Counted from the first letter of the stretch, positions 1-10,114 are shown. The stretch is 64,000 nucleotides of DNA from Candidatus Oxydemutator sp. (GCA_965203445.1 OZ241883.1:544001-608000); one strand, 5' to 3'. Program-made: numbers and translations. Notes: a model not told the origin generated them from the letters alone.

Positions 1-154
1 GCGGCGTGGCGAAGCCTTCGTGCGCCGCCAGGTCGAAACCGTCCTCGCCGAAAGCGGCGGCGAGATTCGCGGCGAAGGTCTCGCCCAGGGCCCGCAAGCG
101 CGACGGCGGCAGTTCCTCGACGCCGATCTCGACCAACAGGGCGCGCGCGCTCAT
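1..154 (-). CDS. glyS: Glycine--tRNA ligase beta subunit, N-terminal fragment (runs off the window)
   Basis: Not in the ORF track. Manual translation from the ATG at 154 (ATGA overlap with the glyQ stop) gives [27 protein letters not shown]...FATP, matching the GlyS N-terminal LxEIGxEELP and FATPRR motifs; it lies directly downstream of glyQ. Confidence 0.92.
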   Translation of the reverse strand, partial: MSARALLVEIGVEELPPSRLRALGETFAANLAAAFGEDGFDLAAHEGFATP

Positions 155-1026
155 CGCCGTTCGGGCAGCCCGCGGTACAGGCGCGCGACCGCCAGCGCCA
201 GTCTGCGCGTGCGCAGGACGTAGCGCTGCCTCTCGGTGACCGACACCGCGCGGCGCGCGTCGAGCAGGTTGAAGCCATGCGACGCCAACATCAACTGCTC
301 GTAGGCCGGCAGCACCAGTCCCTTCGACAGCAGCCTGCGACATTCGCTCTCGCTTTCGTCGAAACGACGCGCGAGCGCCCCGGTGTCGGCCTCGTCGAAG
401 TTATAGGCCGACTGTTCAGCCTCGTTGCGGTGGAACAGGTCGCGGTAGAGCACGCGCCGGCCCGCGCCTTGCGACCACACCAGGCCGAAGGCGTCGTCGC
501 TGCCTTGCAGGCTCATCGCCAGACGCTCGAGCCCGTACGTGATCTCGCCCGTTACCGGGCGGCACTCGAGTCCGCCGACCTGCTGAAAATACGTGAACTG
601 GCTGATCTCCATGCCGTTCAGCCACACCTCCCAGCCGAGTCCCCACGCGCCCAACGTCGGCGACTCCCAGTCGTCCTCGACGAAACGGACGTCGTTGACG
701 TCGCCGTCCAGGCCCAGCGCGTCGAGCGACGCCAGATACAGTTCCTGGACGTCGTCCGGCGACGGCTTCAGCACCACTTGAAACTGGTAATACTGCTGCA
801 ACCGGTTCGGATTTTCGCCGTAACGCCCGTCGGTCGGGCGCCGGCACGCCTGCACGTAGGCGCAGCGCCAGGGTTCAGGGCCGAGCGAGCGCAAAAACGT
901 CGCCGGGTGAAAGGTGGCCGCCCCCATCGGCAAATCGTACGGCTGTACCAGCGCGCAGCCTTGCGCCGCCCAGTATTCTTGCAGGCGCAGCAGGGTCTCC
1001 TGGAACGTCTTGGGTTGATTCGGCAT
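151..1026 (-). CDS. glyQ: Glycine--tRNA ligase alpha subunit
   Basis: Motifs [61 protein letters not shown] and [11 protein letters not shown]. Confidence 0.98.
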   Translation of the reverse strand: MPNQPKTFQETLLRLQEYWAAQGCALVQPYDLPMGAATFHPATFLRSLGPEPWRCAYVQACRRPTDGRYGENPNRLQQYYQFQVVLKPSPDDVQELYLASLDALGLDGDVNDVRFVEDDWESPTLGAWGLGWEVWLNGMEISQFTYFQQVGGLECRPVTGEITYGLERLAMSLQGSDDAFGLVWSQGAGRRVLYRDLFHRNEAEQSAYNFDEADTGALARRFDESESECRRLLSKGLVLPAYEQLMLASHGFNLLDARRAVSVTERQRYVLRTRRLALAVARLYRGLPERR

Positions 1027-1392
1027 CGTGGGGTTCGCTCGGCGACGAACCTATTTTACCCAACATCGGCCATTCCGGTGGGATAAACGGCTCCATATAC
1101 AAATGGAGCGCCATCGGAGATTCGTGCCGAGCTTTCCTCTCAAACGGGTGCCCCCGGCGTCAGCGCCCGCTGCGCGACGCGCACTCCGCGCCATGGTCGC
1201 GCAACGCCTCGGCAGACCGAATGCGGTATCCGCACGCCTGGTCGGTTGTCCGTCGGCCAAACGATACCGTTCGTCTGTGAATCTGACGGGTGCGCAGCGT
1301 CCGCGGTTACCGTCGCATCCGGCAGGCCGTGCGTATTGGTCATCAACCTCCGGTGAGTGAGAGTGCGCGGCCTGTCTTGATTACCAAAAAAA

Positions 1393-1926
1393 ATGAAACC
1401 AAAGAAAGCCACGTGCCCGAGTCTTTCGACGAAGGCACATAGAACAATCCGCAGCCGCCGGCGTCCACGCGCGCGGGCGACGCACACGGCCGGCGCGGCG
1501 ACCGGCATGGCGGTGCTGCTATCGTCGCTCGTGGTCGCGCCCGCGACCCCGGCCGAGACGCGCGACGGGTTCGAGCGAGTCGCCCGGTACATCCTCGCGC
1601 ACAAGGAGGCGGCGGCGCCTGAGAAGCCCCTTGCCGAGGATGCTTTTGCCGTCGCCAAGGGCGTGGCGGACAAAGCCGGCCTCGGCGATCTTTCCGAACC
1701 CATAGTCGTGCACCACGACTCGATTCAGCTGCGCGATCTGCTGACCCATCTGATTCCCGACGGCTGGGAGCTGAGGCTGGAAATTCCGAAGCGCGAGGCG
1801 CGGCAGGTCATCGCGTTTCACGCCGAGACCTCGCGCCGGCGCGCGCTCGACGACCTGCTCAAAAAATTGAACCTGCGCGGCTCCTTTTATCCGGGCGCCG
1901 GCCTGCTGTTGGTGAGCAAGTCATGA
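1393..1926 (+). CDS. Putative exported pilus-associated protein (PilL/TcpQ/STN-like C-terminal domain); start may be ATG 1507
   Basis: Signal-like segment MAVLLSSLVVAPATPA. The C-terminus LRDLLTHLIPDGWEL...RRALDDLLKKLNL...LLLVS recalls TcpQ/PilL-type domains. ATGA overlap with the secretin gene. Confidence 0.55.
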   Translation: MKPKKATCPSLSTKAHRTIRSRRRPRARATHTAGAATGMAVLLSSLVVAPATPAETRDGFERVARYILAHKEAAAPEKPLAEDAFAVAKGVADKAGLGDLSEPIVVHHDSIQLRDLLTHLIPDGWELRLEIPKREARQVIAFHAETSRRRALDDLLKKLNLRGSFYPGAGLLLVSKS

Positions 1927-3497
1927 GCGCGCGTCGCGTCCTCGCGCTCCTGACGCTGGCGCTCGCCGCGGCGTGCGCGCAGCAGCCGTTGCCACCCGTG
2001 CAAATCGAAAACGCGGTCGCGGCGCGGCCCGACCGCCTCGCGTCGCCGCCGACTTTCGTGCGCGTCAAGGAGCGGGAGGAACACGAGCTGCTCGGCACAA
2101 AGATCAAGCGCACCAATCTGCCGGAAACGACGCTGTTGGAGGCGGTCTGGTCGGCGTTGCCGTTCTACGTAACGGTCGAGGGCGACAACCGCGTGGATCT
2201 GTCGCGCCCGGTCTCGGTGCGCGCCGACGAGGCGCTGGGCGTCGGCGACTACCTGCGCTATCTGTCGCAACTGACCGACTACCATTTCGAGCTGCTGCCC
2301 GGCACCAGAGTCGTGCGCGTGTCGTCTCATCGGGCCAAGACCTGGAACCTTGCGACGTTGGCGTCCGCCGGCGACACCGAAATTTCTTTGGGCGGCGGCG
2401 ACATCGGCGCCGACGGCGGGGACACCGGAGCGGGCGACGGGCAGCGCGGCACCGGCGCGGAAATCTCCAAATCCATCAGCAAGGACGACCCGTGGCGGCT
2501 GGTCGTCGCCGAGGCGAATTGCATCATGGGAACGCCGGCCTGCGGCGACGGCGCCGCGGGCGACGGGCAGGACGACGAGCCGGGCGTCGCCGCCTCGGGA
2601 CGCGCCGCGGACGGCTCGTGGGTCTCCTCCAACCGCCTGACCGGCGCGTTGCGCGCCTCCGGGCCGCCGCAAAAGATCGCGCAGCTCGACCGCTGGCTGG
2701 GGCCGCTGCAAAAGAGCGCGTCGCGCTTCATCCGCCTGGACGTCGCGGTGTTCGAGGTGCTTCTGGACCACGGCCGCGGGCGCAGCGTGGACTTTCGCGT
2801 GTTGAACGAGGGAATCGAGAGGACGACGAAACTCGACGGCATAGAAAACGACGACAACCGGCGCGCGCAATACCGCGGCGGCATCGTCGGCAACGCGCTG
2901 GAAAACGCCGGCAGCATGGTGCTCGGGGCGACCGCCAAGATCGGCGACGTGGTGCTGGACTTCGTGTTTCGCTTCCTCGAGACCGAAGGCGAAGTGACCC
3001 TGTTGAACCGCGCCAATCTGATCATCCCGAACGGCGAGACCGCGACGATACGCTCGGTCGAGAGCTTCTACTACGTGGACGACCAGGAGATCATTCCCGG
3101 CGACGCCAACAATCAGTCCCGGATCTCGACCTCGCTCGCGCGCGAGTCGGTCGGCCTGGAGATCGCGATCACGCCTCAGTATCTCGACGAACGACGGCTG
3201 CTGGTCAGCATCGTGCCGGCGCTGTCGGCGCTACAGCGTTTCGACAACATAGAATCCGCCGGCGTCGTGATTTCGGAGGCGCCGCGCACGACGCTGACCA
3301 CCCTGTCGGCGCGCGGCGTGACCGAGAACGGGCGCGCGATCGCGCTCGGCGGCATCCGCACCGAGGGCGTGCAGACGCGCCTGACCGACGTCGGCGCCGG
3401 CGGCGTCCCCGACGGCGGCCTGCTCGATTCCGGTTCGCGGCTCCATCAGCGCCGTCAGTTGATCGTGCTCGTCATCCCCCACGAGGTGGAGGTGTAG
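1923..3497 (+). CDS. Lipoprotein secretin (PilN/MshL/BfpB-like outer-membrane channel)
   Basis: Lipobox LALAAAC. Secretin C-domain features IRLDVAVFEV, FLETEGEVTLLNRANLIIPNGETATI, SVGLEIAITP, NGRAIALGG and RRQLIVLVIP. Confidence 0.88.
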   Translation: MSARRVLALLTLALAAACAQQPLPPVQIENAVAARPDRLASPPTFVRVKEREEHELLGTKIKRTNLPETTLLEAVWSALPFYVTVEGDNRVDLSRPVSVRADEALGVGDYLRYLSQLTDYHFELLPGTRVVRVSSHRAKTWNLATLASAGDTEISLGGGDIGADGGDTGAGDGQRGTGAEISKSISKDDPWRLVVAEANCIMGTPACGDGAAGDGQDDEPGVAASGRAADGSWVSSNRLTGALRASGPPQKIAQLDRWLGPLQKSASRFIRLDVAVFEVLLDHGRGRSVDFRVLNEGIERTTKLDGIENDDNRRAQYRGGIVGNALENAGSMVLGATAKIGDVVLDFVFRFLETEGEVTLLNRANLIIPNGETATIRSVESFYYVDDQEIIPGDANNQSRISTSLARESVGLEIAITPQYLDERRLLVSIVPALSALQRFDNIESAGVVISEAPRTTLTTLSARGVTENGRAIALGGIRTEGVQTRLTDVGAGGVPDGGLLDSGSRLHQRRQLIVLVIPHEVEV

Positions 3498-4370
3498 ATG
3501 GAGGCCCCGTTCCTGCCCGAGCGCCGCGCGACCATCGAGGGCGTCGAGTGCTTCATAGTCGCCGACGCGATTGCGAGCGGCGCCCCGGTCGAGGGCATGG
3601 TGCTGTTGGACGACGGCAGCCAGTCGTGGCGGATCTTGTGCAGCCTCGCGCACGTGACGGCGGTGCGCGCGGCCCACGCCGGACTGCCCCTCTACGGCTT
3701 CTGGCAGGTGCTGGAGGCGAGCGGCGTCTGGCGTCCGTCCACGCCGCTGCAAGCCTACCGCGACCAGGACGGAAACGGGCAGTTCGTGTTTTCCGACGAC
3801 GCGCAGATAGTCACCGGCGAGGTGGTGCGCGGAAAACTCGTGAGCACGCCGGTTGCGAAAGTGGATGACGCACAACCGGAGTGGCTGGATCTCGCGGGCG
3901 TCGTCGAAAGACTGAAACTACCGCGGCGCCAGGCCGAGACCGGCGCCGAGCGCCTCGAGCGCGCCCATGCCGCGACCAAAAAGAAGTGGGCGCGCGTCGC
4001 CGCGGCCGCGGCCGCGGCGACGCTCAGTTTTTTCGCGGCCGAGCAGCTCGGGCGCTTCGTCGAGGCCGGACGCGGCCACGAGCTCGCGCGCTTGCAGGAG
4101 CAGGCGCAAGCGCTGCAAGCCGCCGGCCGCCAAGCCGCGGCCGGACGCCTCGAGCGGTTGCCGGATCAATCGGCGAGACTCGATCAGCTGCTGCGGCTGA
4201 CTCTGCTCGATCCCGAGGTGCGCGTCGAACGCTCGCTTTCGCGCGGACTGAAAGACGCGCTGACGGTCAGGATACGGCGTCGCACCTACGAGAACTTCCT
4301 GAGCGAACAAGACGGGGACGCCCGCTACCTGCAATCGGGCGACGTCGAACTGGTGCTGCACCGGCCATGA
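3498..4370 (+). CDS. Putative pilus alignment/inner-membrane accessory protein (PilO/PilN-like position)
   Basis: Abuts the secretin stop codon; has a cytoplasmic N-domain, one hydrophobic segment (WARVAAAAAAATLSFFAA) and then a coiled coil. Function inferred from context only. Confidence 0.55.
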   Translation: MEAPFLPERRATIEGVECFIVADAIASGAPVEGMVLLDDGSQSWRILCSLAHVTAVRAAHAGLPLYGFWQVLEASGVWRPSTPLQAYRDQDGNGQFVFSDDAQIVTGEVVRGKLVSTPVAKVDDAQPEWLDLAGVVERLKLPRRQAETGAERLERAHAATKKKWARVAAAAAAATLSFFAAEQLGRFVEAGRGHELARLQEQAQALQAAGRQAAAGRLERLPDQSARLDQLLRLTLLDPEVRVERSLSRGLKDALTVRIRRRTYENFLSEQDGDARYLQSGDVELVLHRP

Positions 4371-4819
4371 ACCCGTTCATGAACGCGCGCAAGACCCTGG
4401 CCAGGACCTGGGGCAGGTACGGCACGGCGCTGGCGATCGCGGCGCTCGGCGCGAGCGGCGCGGTCGCGGGCTGGGGCGCGAACGTCGGCGCCGACTCGAG
4501 CGCGCGCATCGCGGCGTTGCATTCCGAGATCGCGACGCTGGAGCGGGAACTCGGCGCGAAGGCGAAGTGGCTGCCGCTGCCGCCGGCGCACGCCACCTGG
4601 GATCGGCTGGCGGCGATAGTCGGCGATCACCACGGGGTGGTTCTGCACAAACGGGGCGTGGACGGCGCCAACTGGAAGGGCGCGATCAGCGGCGAGGCGC
4701 GGCTGATATACGCGCTCGCCCACGGCCTGCAACGGCGCCATCGCCTGCCGCTCGAGTACTCGGCGATCCGGGCGCACGGCGACGCCGAATTGGGATTTCT
4801 CGTCTATGGATCGCACTGA
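4367..4819 (+). CDS. Putative pilus accessory bitopic membrane protein (GspM/PilO-like position)
   Basis: Likely start is ATG 4367 (ATGA overlap) inside track ORF 3881..4819; TM segment YGTALAIAALGASGAVAGW is followed by a short coiled coil. Confidence 0.55.
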   Translation: MNPFMNARKTLARTWGRYGTALAIAALGASGAVAGWGANVGADSSARIAALHSEIATLERELGAKAKWLPLPPAHATWDRLAAIVGDHHGVVLHKRGVDGANWKGAISGEARLIYALAHGLQRRHRLPLEYSAIRAHGDAELGFLVYGSH

Positions 4820-4837
4820 CAAGAACCGGAGAAAAGA

Positions 4838-5344
4838 ATGAAAACGTTGGTCATCGTGATCGCCGCGACCGTGGCGACCGCGCAGGCGCGGGACCTGGAC
4901 GCGGCGAGGGGGCAGATCCTGAACCACGCCGCGCAGGTGCAGGCCCTGAACCGGGAGATGGAATTGCTGCGGCTCCAGAATGAAATCGCAAAGCTGCGAA
5001 AAGAATGCCTGCTCCACGGTTACACGTGCGCCGCCGGCGGCCTGCGGGAGACGACCGCGGCGCCGCGCGGCGCACCTGATCCCGGCTCCTCGTTCGAGGC
5101 CGCGCCGGAGGCGGAGTTCGCTCTGGTCGGCGTCGGCGGCGGGCGCGCCCGCATCGCGCGCCAAGGCGGCGAGGCGGACGAGTACCGCGAGGGCGACGCC
5201 GTCGCCGGCTGGCGGCTCGAGACCATCGAGCTCGACCGCGTGCACCTGTCGCGCGGGAGCGCCCGGCGGACGCTGCACGTCGTACGCGAGGCGGGGCCAG
5301 GCGCGCGTGGCGGCGCACGAGTCCGGGGCGGGCCCAGGTCGTGA
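4838..5344 (+). CDS. Type IV pilus biogenesis protein, PilP-like
   Basis: Signal peptide and coiled coil (QALNREMELLRLQNEIAKLR). C-terminal LVGVGGGRARI...YREGDAVAGWRLETIELDRVHL is typical of PilP/GspC-HR beta domains. Confidence 0.65.
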   Translation: MKTLVIVIAATVATAQARDLDAARGQILNHAAQVQALNREMELLRLQNEIAKLRKECLLHGYTCAAGGLRETTAAPRGAPDPGSSFEAAPEAEFALVGVGGGRARIARQGGEADEYREGDAVAGWRLETIELDRVHLSRGSARRTLHVVREAGPGARGGARVRGGPRS

Positions 5345-7053
5345 CCAGGCAACGGGAAATTTTCAACCAGGTGAAGACGCGCCTGGTCGAACTGGGGCGC
5401 CTGGGGGCGGCGCAGGCCGAGGCCGTCGGGTGTCCCGACAATCCGGAGGAGATTCCGTCGAGTCTCATCCGCGCGGGCGTCTCGGCCGAAAAACTTCTCG
5501 CGGTGCTGTCGGAAGTGCTGGAGCTGCCGATCTACGACGCGGCCAGCCACGGCGCCGCGCGCGAACAAGCCCCCGACGGTTCCTGGCTGCTTGCAAACGG
5601 CGTCTTTTTTGTCGCCAATCCGTTCAGGATACCCTCGCTTCGGGCGATTCTGCCGCGCCTGGAGACCGCCGCGACGGGGGTGCGTTACGGGCTTCTGCCC
5701 CTGGAGGAGCGGGCCGCCGAGGACGAGGTCGGCCACGACGACGGCGAACGGCTGACGAAGGCACGGGCCAAAGTGCGGCAGTGGATACGCGACGCGATGC
5801 AGGGCAAGGCGAGCGACGTCCACTTGTGCCCGCGCGACGACAAGACCATAGCGATCAAGCACCGCGTGGATTCTCGCCTGCGCCTCGTCAGCGAGTGGAA
5901 GGCGTCGCGGGAGCTCGAGTACAAGCACATCTGCAACGTGCTGCTGACGCTGGCCGGGAAGAATTCGGGCATCTTCGGGCGCCTGGTGGACGGCTCGATT
6001 CGTCAGAAAATCGGCGCGCGTCCGGTGGAAATCCGGCTCTCGATGCGCCCGGTCTCGCTGCCCGACGGATCGGCGCCGGCGTTCTTCCTGCGCCTGCCGG
6101 GCGGCGCCGGACGGCGGGACCTGCGTCTGGCCTCGCTCGGCGTGCTGCCGGAGCAGCGGGCCGGATTGTCGAGGCTCGCCGACTGCGGCGACGGTTTTTC
6201 GGTGATGACCGGACCGACCGGCTCGGGCAAGACGACGACGCTGTACGCGCTGTTGCGGGAGATTCGCGCCAGATACCCGCACCGCTCGATTCAGACCCTG
6301 GAAGATCCGGTGGAACGCCACTTGGAGGGGATCGAACAAACCCAGATCAACGAAAAATCCCTGAGCTTCGCCGACGGCCTGCGCTCGCTGATGCGCACCG
6401 ACGTGGACACGATACTGTTGGGCGAGGTGCGCGACCGGACGACCGCCGATTTGTGCATATCGGCCTGCCTGACCGGCCACTACCTGATGACCACGCTGCA
6501 CGCGCCGACCGCCTTAGGGGCGATAGACCGGTTGATGGACCTGGGAGTGGATCTGCGACTGCTGGCGTCGTGGCTGCGTTTCGTGTCCGCGCAGCGCCTG
6601 GCGCGACGGGTGTGCCCGCGCTGTTCGAGCAGGGTCGTTCTCGGCGAACGTTACGAAAAACGCGAAGGTTCGATCCTGCGCGACGACGAGTTCGTCGCCG
6701 TCGCCGATCCCGCAGGCTGCGCGAAATGCGCGCGCGGCTACCGCGGCCTGGTGCCGTTGCTCGAGGTGGTGGAAGTAACCGACGGAATGCGCCCCCTGAT
6801 CCGGGGCGGCGGCTCGATCTACGAGCTGGAGCAACGCGCGCGCGCCGCGGGCAACGTTCTTTTACCCGAATACGCCGAGCGCGTCATACGCGGCGGCGAC
6901 ACGACTTTCGAGGCGGTGACCGAGGCCTGCGGCCTCACGCTCGCCGTCGCGAAAGACCCACGATCCGACAAACCGACACGTGAACCGACGGAGGAACCAA
7001 AGACATGTCCGACAAAAGATCCAAAAAACGCGCCGAGCGCGGCTTTACACTGA
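5341..7053 (+). CDS. GspE/PilB-family pilus assembly ATPase
   Basis: Walker A GPTGSGKTT, Asp box TLEDPVE, Walker B ILLGEVRD, His box GHYLMTTLHA and tetracysteine CPRC...CAKC. Confidence 0.95.
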   Translation: MTRQREIFNQVKTRLVELGRLGAAQAEAVGCPDNPEEIPSSLIRAGVSAEKLLAVLSEVLELPIYDAASHGAAREQAPDGSWLLANGVFFVANPFRIPSLRAILPRLETAATGVRYGLLPLEERAAEDEVGHDDGERLTKARAKVRQWIRDAMQGKASDVHLCPRDDKTIAIKHRVDSRLRLVSEWKASRELEYKHICNVLLTLAGKNSGIFGRLVDGSIRQKIGARPVEIRLSMRPVSLPDGSAPAFFLRLPGGAGRRDLRLASLGVLPEQRAGLSRLADCGDGFSVMTGPTGSGKTTTLYALLREIRARYPHRSIQTLEDPVERHLEGIEQTQINEKSLSFADGLRSLMRTDVDTILLGEVRDRTTADLCISACLTGHYLMTTLHAPTALGAIDRLMDLGVDLRLLASWLRFVSAQRLARRVCPRCSSRVVLGERYEKREGSILRDDEFVAVADPAGCAKCARGYRGLVPLLEVVEVTDGMRPLIRGGGSIYELEQRARAAGNVLLPEYAERVIRGGDTTFEAVTEACGLTLAVAKDPRSDKPTREPTEEPKTCPTKDPKNAPSAALH

Positions 7054-7448
7054 TCGAGATAGTCATCGTCACCGCGATACTCGCGGTGCTGGCGGGAGCG
7101 GGAATCTACGCGCTCACGACCAGCGGCCAGATCACCGACGCGCAGGTGGCGGTGGCGCGCGGCATCCTGATAAACCAGTTGCCGAACGCGATCGTCAGCC
7201 ACCACACGCGCAACAACGGGATACGGGCGGACTTTACGTTCGCCGGCGCCGGCAACGGCGGCACCCTGCGAGACTTTCCCGGAGACGGCAGCGCGCGCCT
7301 GGACGTCACCCCGGCGGACAACGAGGTCAAGATCACCCTGAGCGGCTACGACAGAGACGTCGTCAATCGCATCATGAGCGGCCTGGCCGCCTCGGCCATA
7401 GTAAAAAGCGCCTCCTCGCAAACCGCGTCGGTAACCTACGGCCTGTGA
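7005..7448 (+). CDS. Probable major type IV pilin (prepilin)
   Basis: Basic leader MSDKRSKKRAERG|FTLIEIVIVTAILAVLAG with the G/F cleavage site and E5; RBS GGAGG upstream; 147 aa. Confidence 0.9.
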   Translation: MSDKRSKKRAERGFTLIEIVIVTAILAVLAGAGIYALTTSGQITDAQVAVARGILINQLPNAIVSHHTRNNGIRADFTFAGAGNGGTLRDFPGDGSARLDVTPADNEVKITLSGYDRDVVNRIMSGLAASAIVKSASSQTASVTYGL

Positions 7449-7478
7449 CGGCCGGCAACGACCGATAACGACGGCGCC

Positions 7479-8627
7479 ATGGCCTATCTGGTTCGACACC
7501 TGTCCGACGGCGGCGAGATTCTGCAAAGCGTCTGCCGCGGGCGCACCCTGCGGGACGCGATAGCGGCGGCGGGGGTGCGCCGGAATCGGATGATCTCGGC
7601 GAAATGGACGTTCGTCGTCCCGGATTGTGTCGACCGGATTCCGCTCAAGGAGCAGGAGTTGATTCTGATGCGCCTGCAACCGTTGATTTCGAGCGGGCGC
7701 GCCGCGGAGGTCGCCGCCCAGTTGCCCGAGTTCGCCGCCGCCCGGCGACGGCTGAGAAAAAAACCGCACTTGCTGGACGACGGCCTGGCCCTGTCCGAAC
7801 GCCTGAGCGGCCTCGGTTTCGATCCCGGCGCGGTGACCCTGATCCGCGCCGGGGAGGAGGCGGGTTTCGTCGTGGAGCACTTGCGAGACGCCATCAACCA
7901 TCTCGAGGAGACCATCAAATTGTCGCGGCAGACCGCGCGCGGCGTCTATCTGGGCCTGGCCCTTACGGGCGTCTCGCTGGCGGTTCTATTGATCGTCGCC
8001 GCGTCTTTGCGCGCGCCGCTGCAATCATTGCGGGAACTGCAAAGCCTGGCGTTGGACTTCAACCTGCTGACCGAGGTGCTGCTGTTTTTCGGCTGGCTGG
8101 TAACCGAGGCGGGCTGGTTTCTGCTCGCGTTCGCGGGCGGCACGGGATACGCCGCGTGGAGATTCTGGGAGTCGCTGTCGCGGTGGTGGCCGCTCTCCTA
8201 TTTTCGGGACTTGAGCAACACCGCGCGGTCGCTGCGCCTAGCCAGAATCTGGGGTTCGCTCAACCGCAGCGGCCTGCCGATCGAGCAACACCACGATCTG
8301 ATAGAGGCCGCGGCCGGACGCCAGGCGGCCGCGGCGATCCGAACCGGCCTGGCCGCGGGGCTGACCTTCGGCGAGCTGCTCGCACCGCGCTGGTTTTCGC
8401 CGACGCTACGGGCCGGGTGCCGCGCCATCGGCGAGATCAGCGTGCGCGATTTCGGCGAACGCCTGGAGCAGCTGACGACGCTGCTGACGTCGGAAAAGGA
8501 GGTCCTCGCGCGGCGCGCGGCGGGCGTGTTCCACGTCGCCGGCGTCTGCATCATGCTCGCGGTCCTGATCCTGCTGTTGGGCGGCGTGCTGTGGCCGATC
8601 TATACCTCGGCGGGACTTGCGCCGTGA
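7479..8627 (+). CDS. GspF/PilC-family inner-membrane platform protein
   Basis: Two GspF-like repeats (LIRAGEEAG; SGLPI...GLAAGLTFGELL...IGE), TM segments and the C-terminal LLGGVLWPIY. Confidence 0.85.
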   Translation: MAYLVRHLSDGGEILQSVCRGRTLRDAIAAAGVRRNRMISAKWTFVVPDCVDRIPLKEQELILMRLQPLISSGRAAEVAAQLPEFAAARRRLRKKPHLLDDGLALSERLSGLGFDPGAVTLIRAGEEAGFVVEHLRDAINHLEETIKLSRQTARGVYLGLALTGVSLAVLLIVAASLRAPLQSLRELQSLALDFNLLTEVLLFFGWLVTEAGWFLLAFAGGTGYAAWRFWESLSRWWPLSYFRDLSNTARSLRLARIWGSLNRSGLPIEQHHDLIEAAAGRQAAAAIRTGLAAGLTFGELLAPRWFSPTLRAGCRAIGEISVRDFGERLEQLTTLLTSEKEVLARRAAGVFHVAGVCIMLAVLILLLGGVLWPIYTSAGLAP

Positions 8628-9154
8628 TCCGCGGGCACGGCTTCACGACGCTCGAGGCGCTGGTCGTCGTCGCGATCATCACGATCCTGCTGGTGTTCGC
8701 CGGCGTTCGCCCGGACGCCGCAAAGAGCCTGGACGACGCGACGCGCCAGAACCTCGCCGCGCAGGGCCGGCTGTATCTGCACGCGACCGCGCGCCTGCAA
8801 CGGCTCGGCTACGTCGGGCGGGCGCGGCAGGCGGGCGGCGCGATCCGGGCGTTAGCACCCGAACCGCTGCCGGATGCGGCCATCGAGCACCTCGCGGGCG
8901 TCGCGCGCGCCCGGGATTTCCCGGCCGACCGCGCGCTGCCGCCGGAACACGGGGTGTTTTCCTTCGACAGCAGCAGCGCCGGCGCCGTGGTGACGCTGAC
9001 GCTCGGCGGTCTCGCCGGCGATCTCGGCGCCGCAGCGCCTGCGGACGTCGAGAGCAGGCGCCTGGGCGACGGTAGCTGGTCGTGGATCTGGCGGTCGACG
9101 CCGGGCGTGCCCGGGCGCGCGCGACGGGTTACGGAGCGCCTGTACCGGCGATGA
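8624..9154 (+). CDS. Minor pilin / pseudopilin
   Basis: GTG start at 8624 (GTGA overlap) inside track ORF 7604..9154, giving MIRGHG|FTTLEALVVVAIITILLVF. Confidence 0.8.
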   Translation: MIRGHGFTTLEALVVVAIITILLVFAGVRPDAAKSLDDATRQNLAAQGRLYLHATARLQRLGYVGRARQAGGAIRALAPEPLPDAAIEHLAGVARARDFPADRALPPEHGVFSFDSSSAGAVVTLTLGGLAGDLGAAAPADVESRRLGDGSWSWIWRSTPGVPGRARRVTERLYRR

Positions 9155-10071
9155 ACGAACGCGGTTTCACGATGTTCGAGGTGATCATCGCCGTCGCGGT
9201 CATCTCGCTGCTGACGACCGGCTACTTCGCCTGGAAGGCGAACGCCGACGTCCGCGACTGGTTTGCGACGCTCGCGGCCACGCAAACCGACGAGATCGTG
9301 CGCATCGCCAACGCCGCGCAGAGCCACTACGCGCGGCACCACGCGTGGCCGGACCAGGCCAACACGTGCCGGGGCGCGTTCGAGGCGTTGGCGCCGATGC
9401 TCGCCGGCGTGGACCGGCTGTCGCCGTTCGACGGCACCTACGAAATGCGTTGCCCGACCACCGCGAACGGCCCGATCCAGATAGACGCGACGCTCCCGAA
9501 CGAGTCTTATAAGGAGTGGGCCGTCGTCGTCGCCGCCGGGTTGCCCGGGGCGCACGTAACCACCAGCGTCCAACCGCGAGGGTGGAAAGTCTCCTCCCCG
9601 TGGCCGGTGCCCGCGGAAATTCCGCTGCTGCAATCGCTGCTGCCCGTGGACGGCTCGCGCCCGATGGCCGGAGCGCTCGACATGGGCGGGAACGCGATCG
9701 TGAGCGCGACCTCGGTCACGGCGCGAAACGTAACGCTGGAGACCGGCCACAGCTTGGCGAACACCGTGCATTTCGCCGGGATCGTTCCGCATAAGACCGG
9801 CAACGTCATCCGACGCGGCATCCGCAAACCGGCCTGCCCGCCCGGCTACACGCCGCAGGTCTTTCTGGCGCCGGTGGACGTGCGACATTCCAGCGGCAGG
9901 CCGATCACGCAGTTCAGTATCTCGGCGCGGCAACACCCGGGGCTGCCCGACCGCTGGCAGGTGCTGTCCACGGTGCACGACACCGCCGGCGCCGAGACGA
10001 ATCACGCGGACGTGCGCGCGCTGGCTTTCACGAAGTGCTCGCCGCCGACGCTCGACCCGATATACCGATGA
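9151..10071 (+). CDS. PilV-like minor pilin / tip adhesin
   Basis: ATG 9151 (ATGA overlap) gives MNERG|FTMFEVIIAVAVISLL. Internal DGSRPMAGALDMGGNAI and C-terminal IRKPACPPGYTPQVFLAP resemble plasmid/ICE PilV adhesins. Confidence 0.75.
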   Translation: MNERGFTMFEVIIAVAVISLLTTGYFAWKANADVRDWFATLAATQTDEIVRIANAAQSHYARHHAWPDQANTCRGAFEALAPMLAGVDRLSPFDGTYEMRCPTTANGPIQIDATLPNESYKEWAVVVAAGLPGAHVTTSVQPRGWKVSSPWPVPAEIPLLQSLLPVDGSRPMAGALDMGGNAIVSATSVTARNVTLETGHSLANTVHFAGIVPHKTGNVIRRGIRKPACPPGYTPQVFLAPVDVRHSSGRPITQFSISARQHPGLPDRWQVLSTVHDTAGAETNHADVRALAFTKCSPPTLDPIYR

Positions 10072-10114
10072 AGGCGCGCGCCTCGGCCCGGGCCCGAAGG
10101 ACGGGAACCCGCCG

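Noticed and set aside
1090-1109. Palindrome GCTCCAT-ATACAA-ATGGAGC upstream of glyQ as an operator or T-box/riboswitch
   Set aside because: Only a 7-bp stem, and no recognisable T-box or glycine riboswitch consensus; cannot be supported.
1386-1393. A8 tract at the start of the pilus operon as a phase-variation switch
   Set aside because: The tract is short, the start codon is uncertain, and nothing in the sequence indicates variability.
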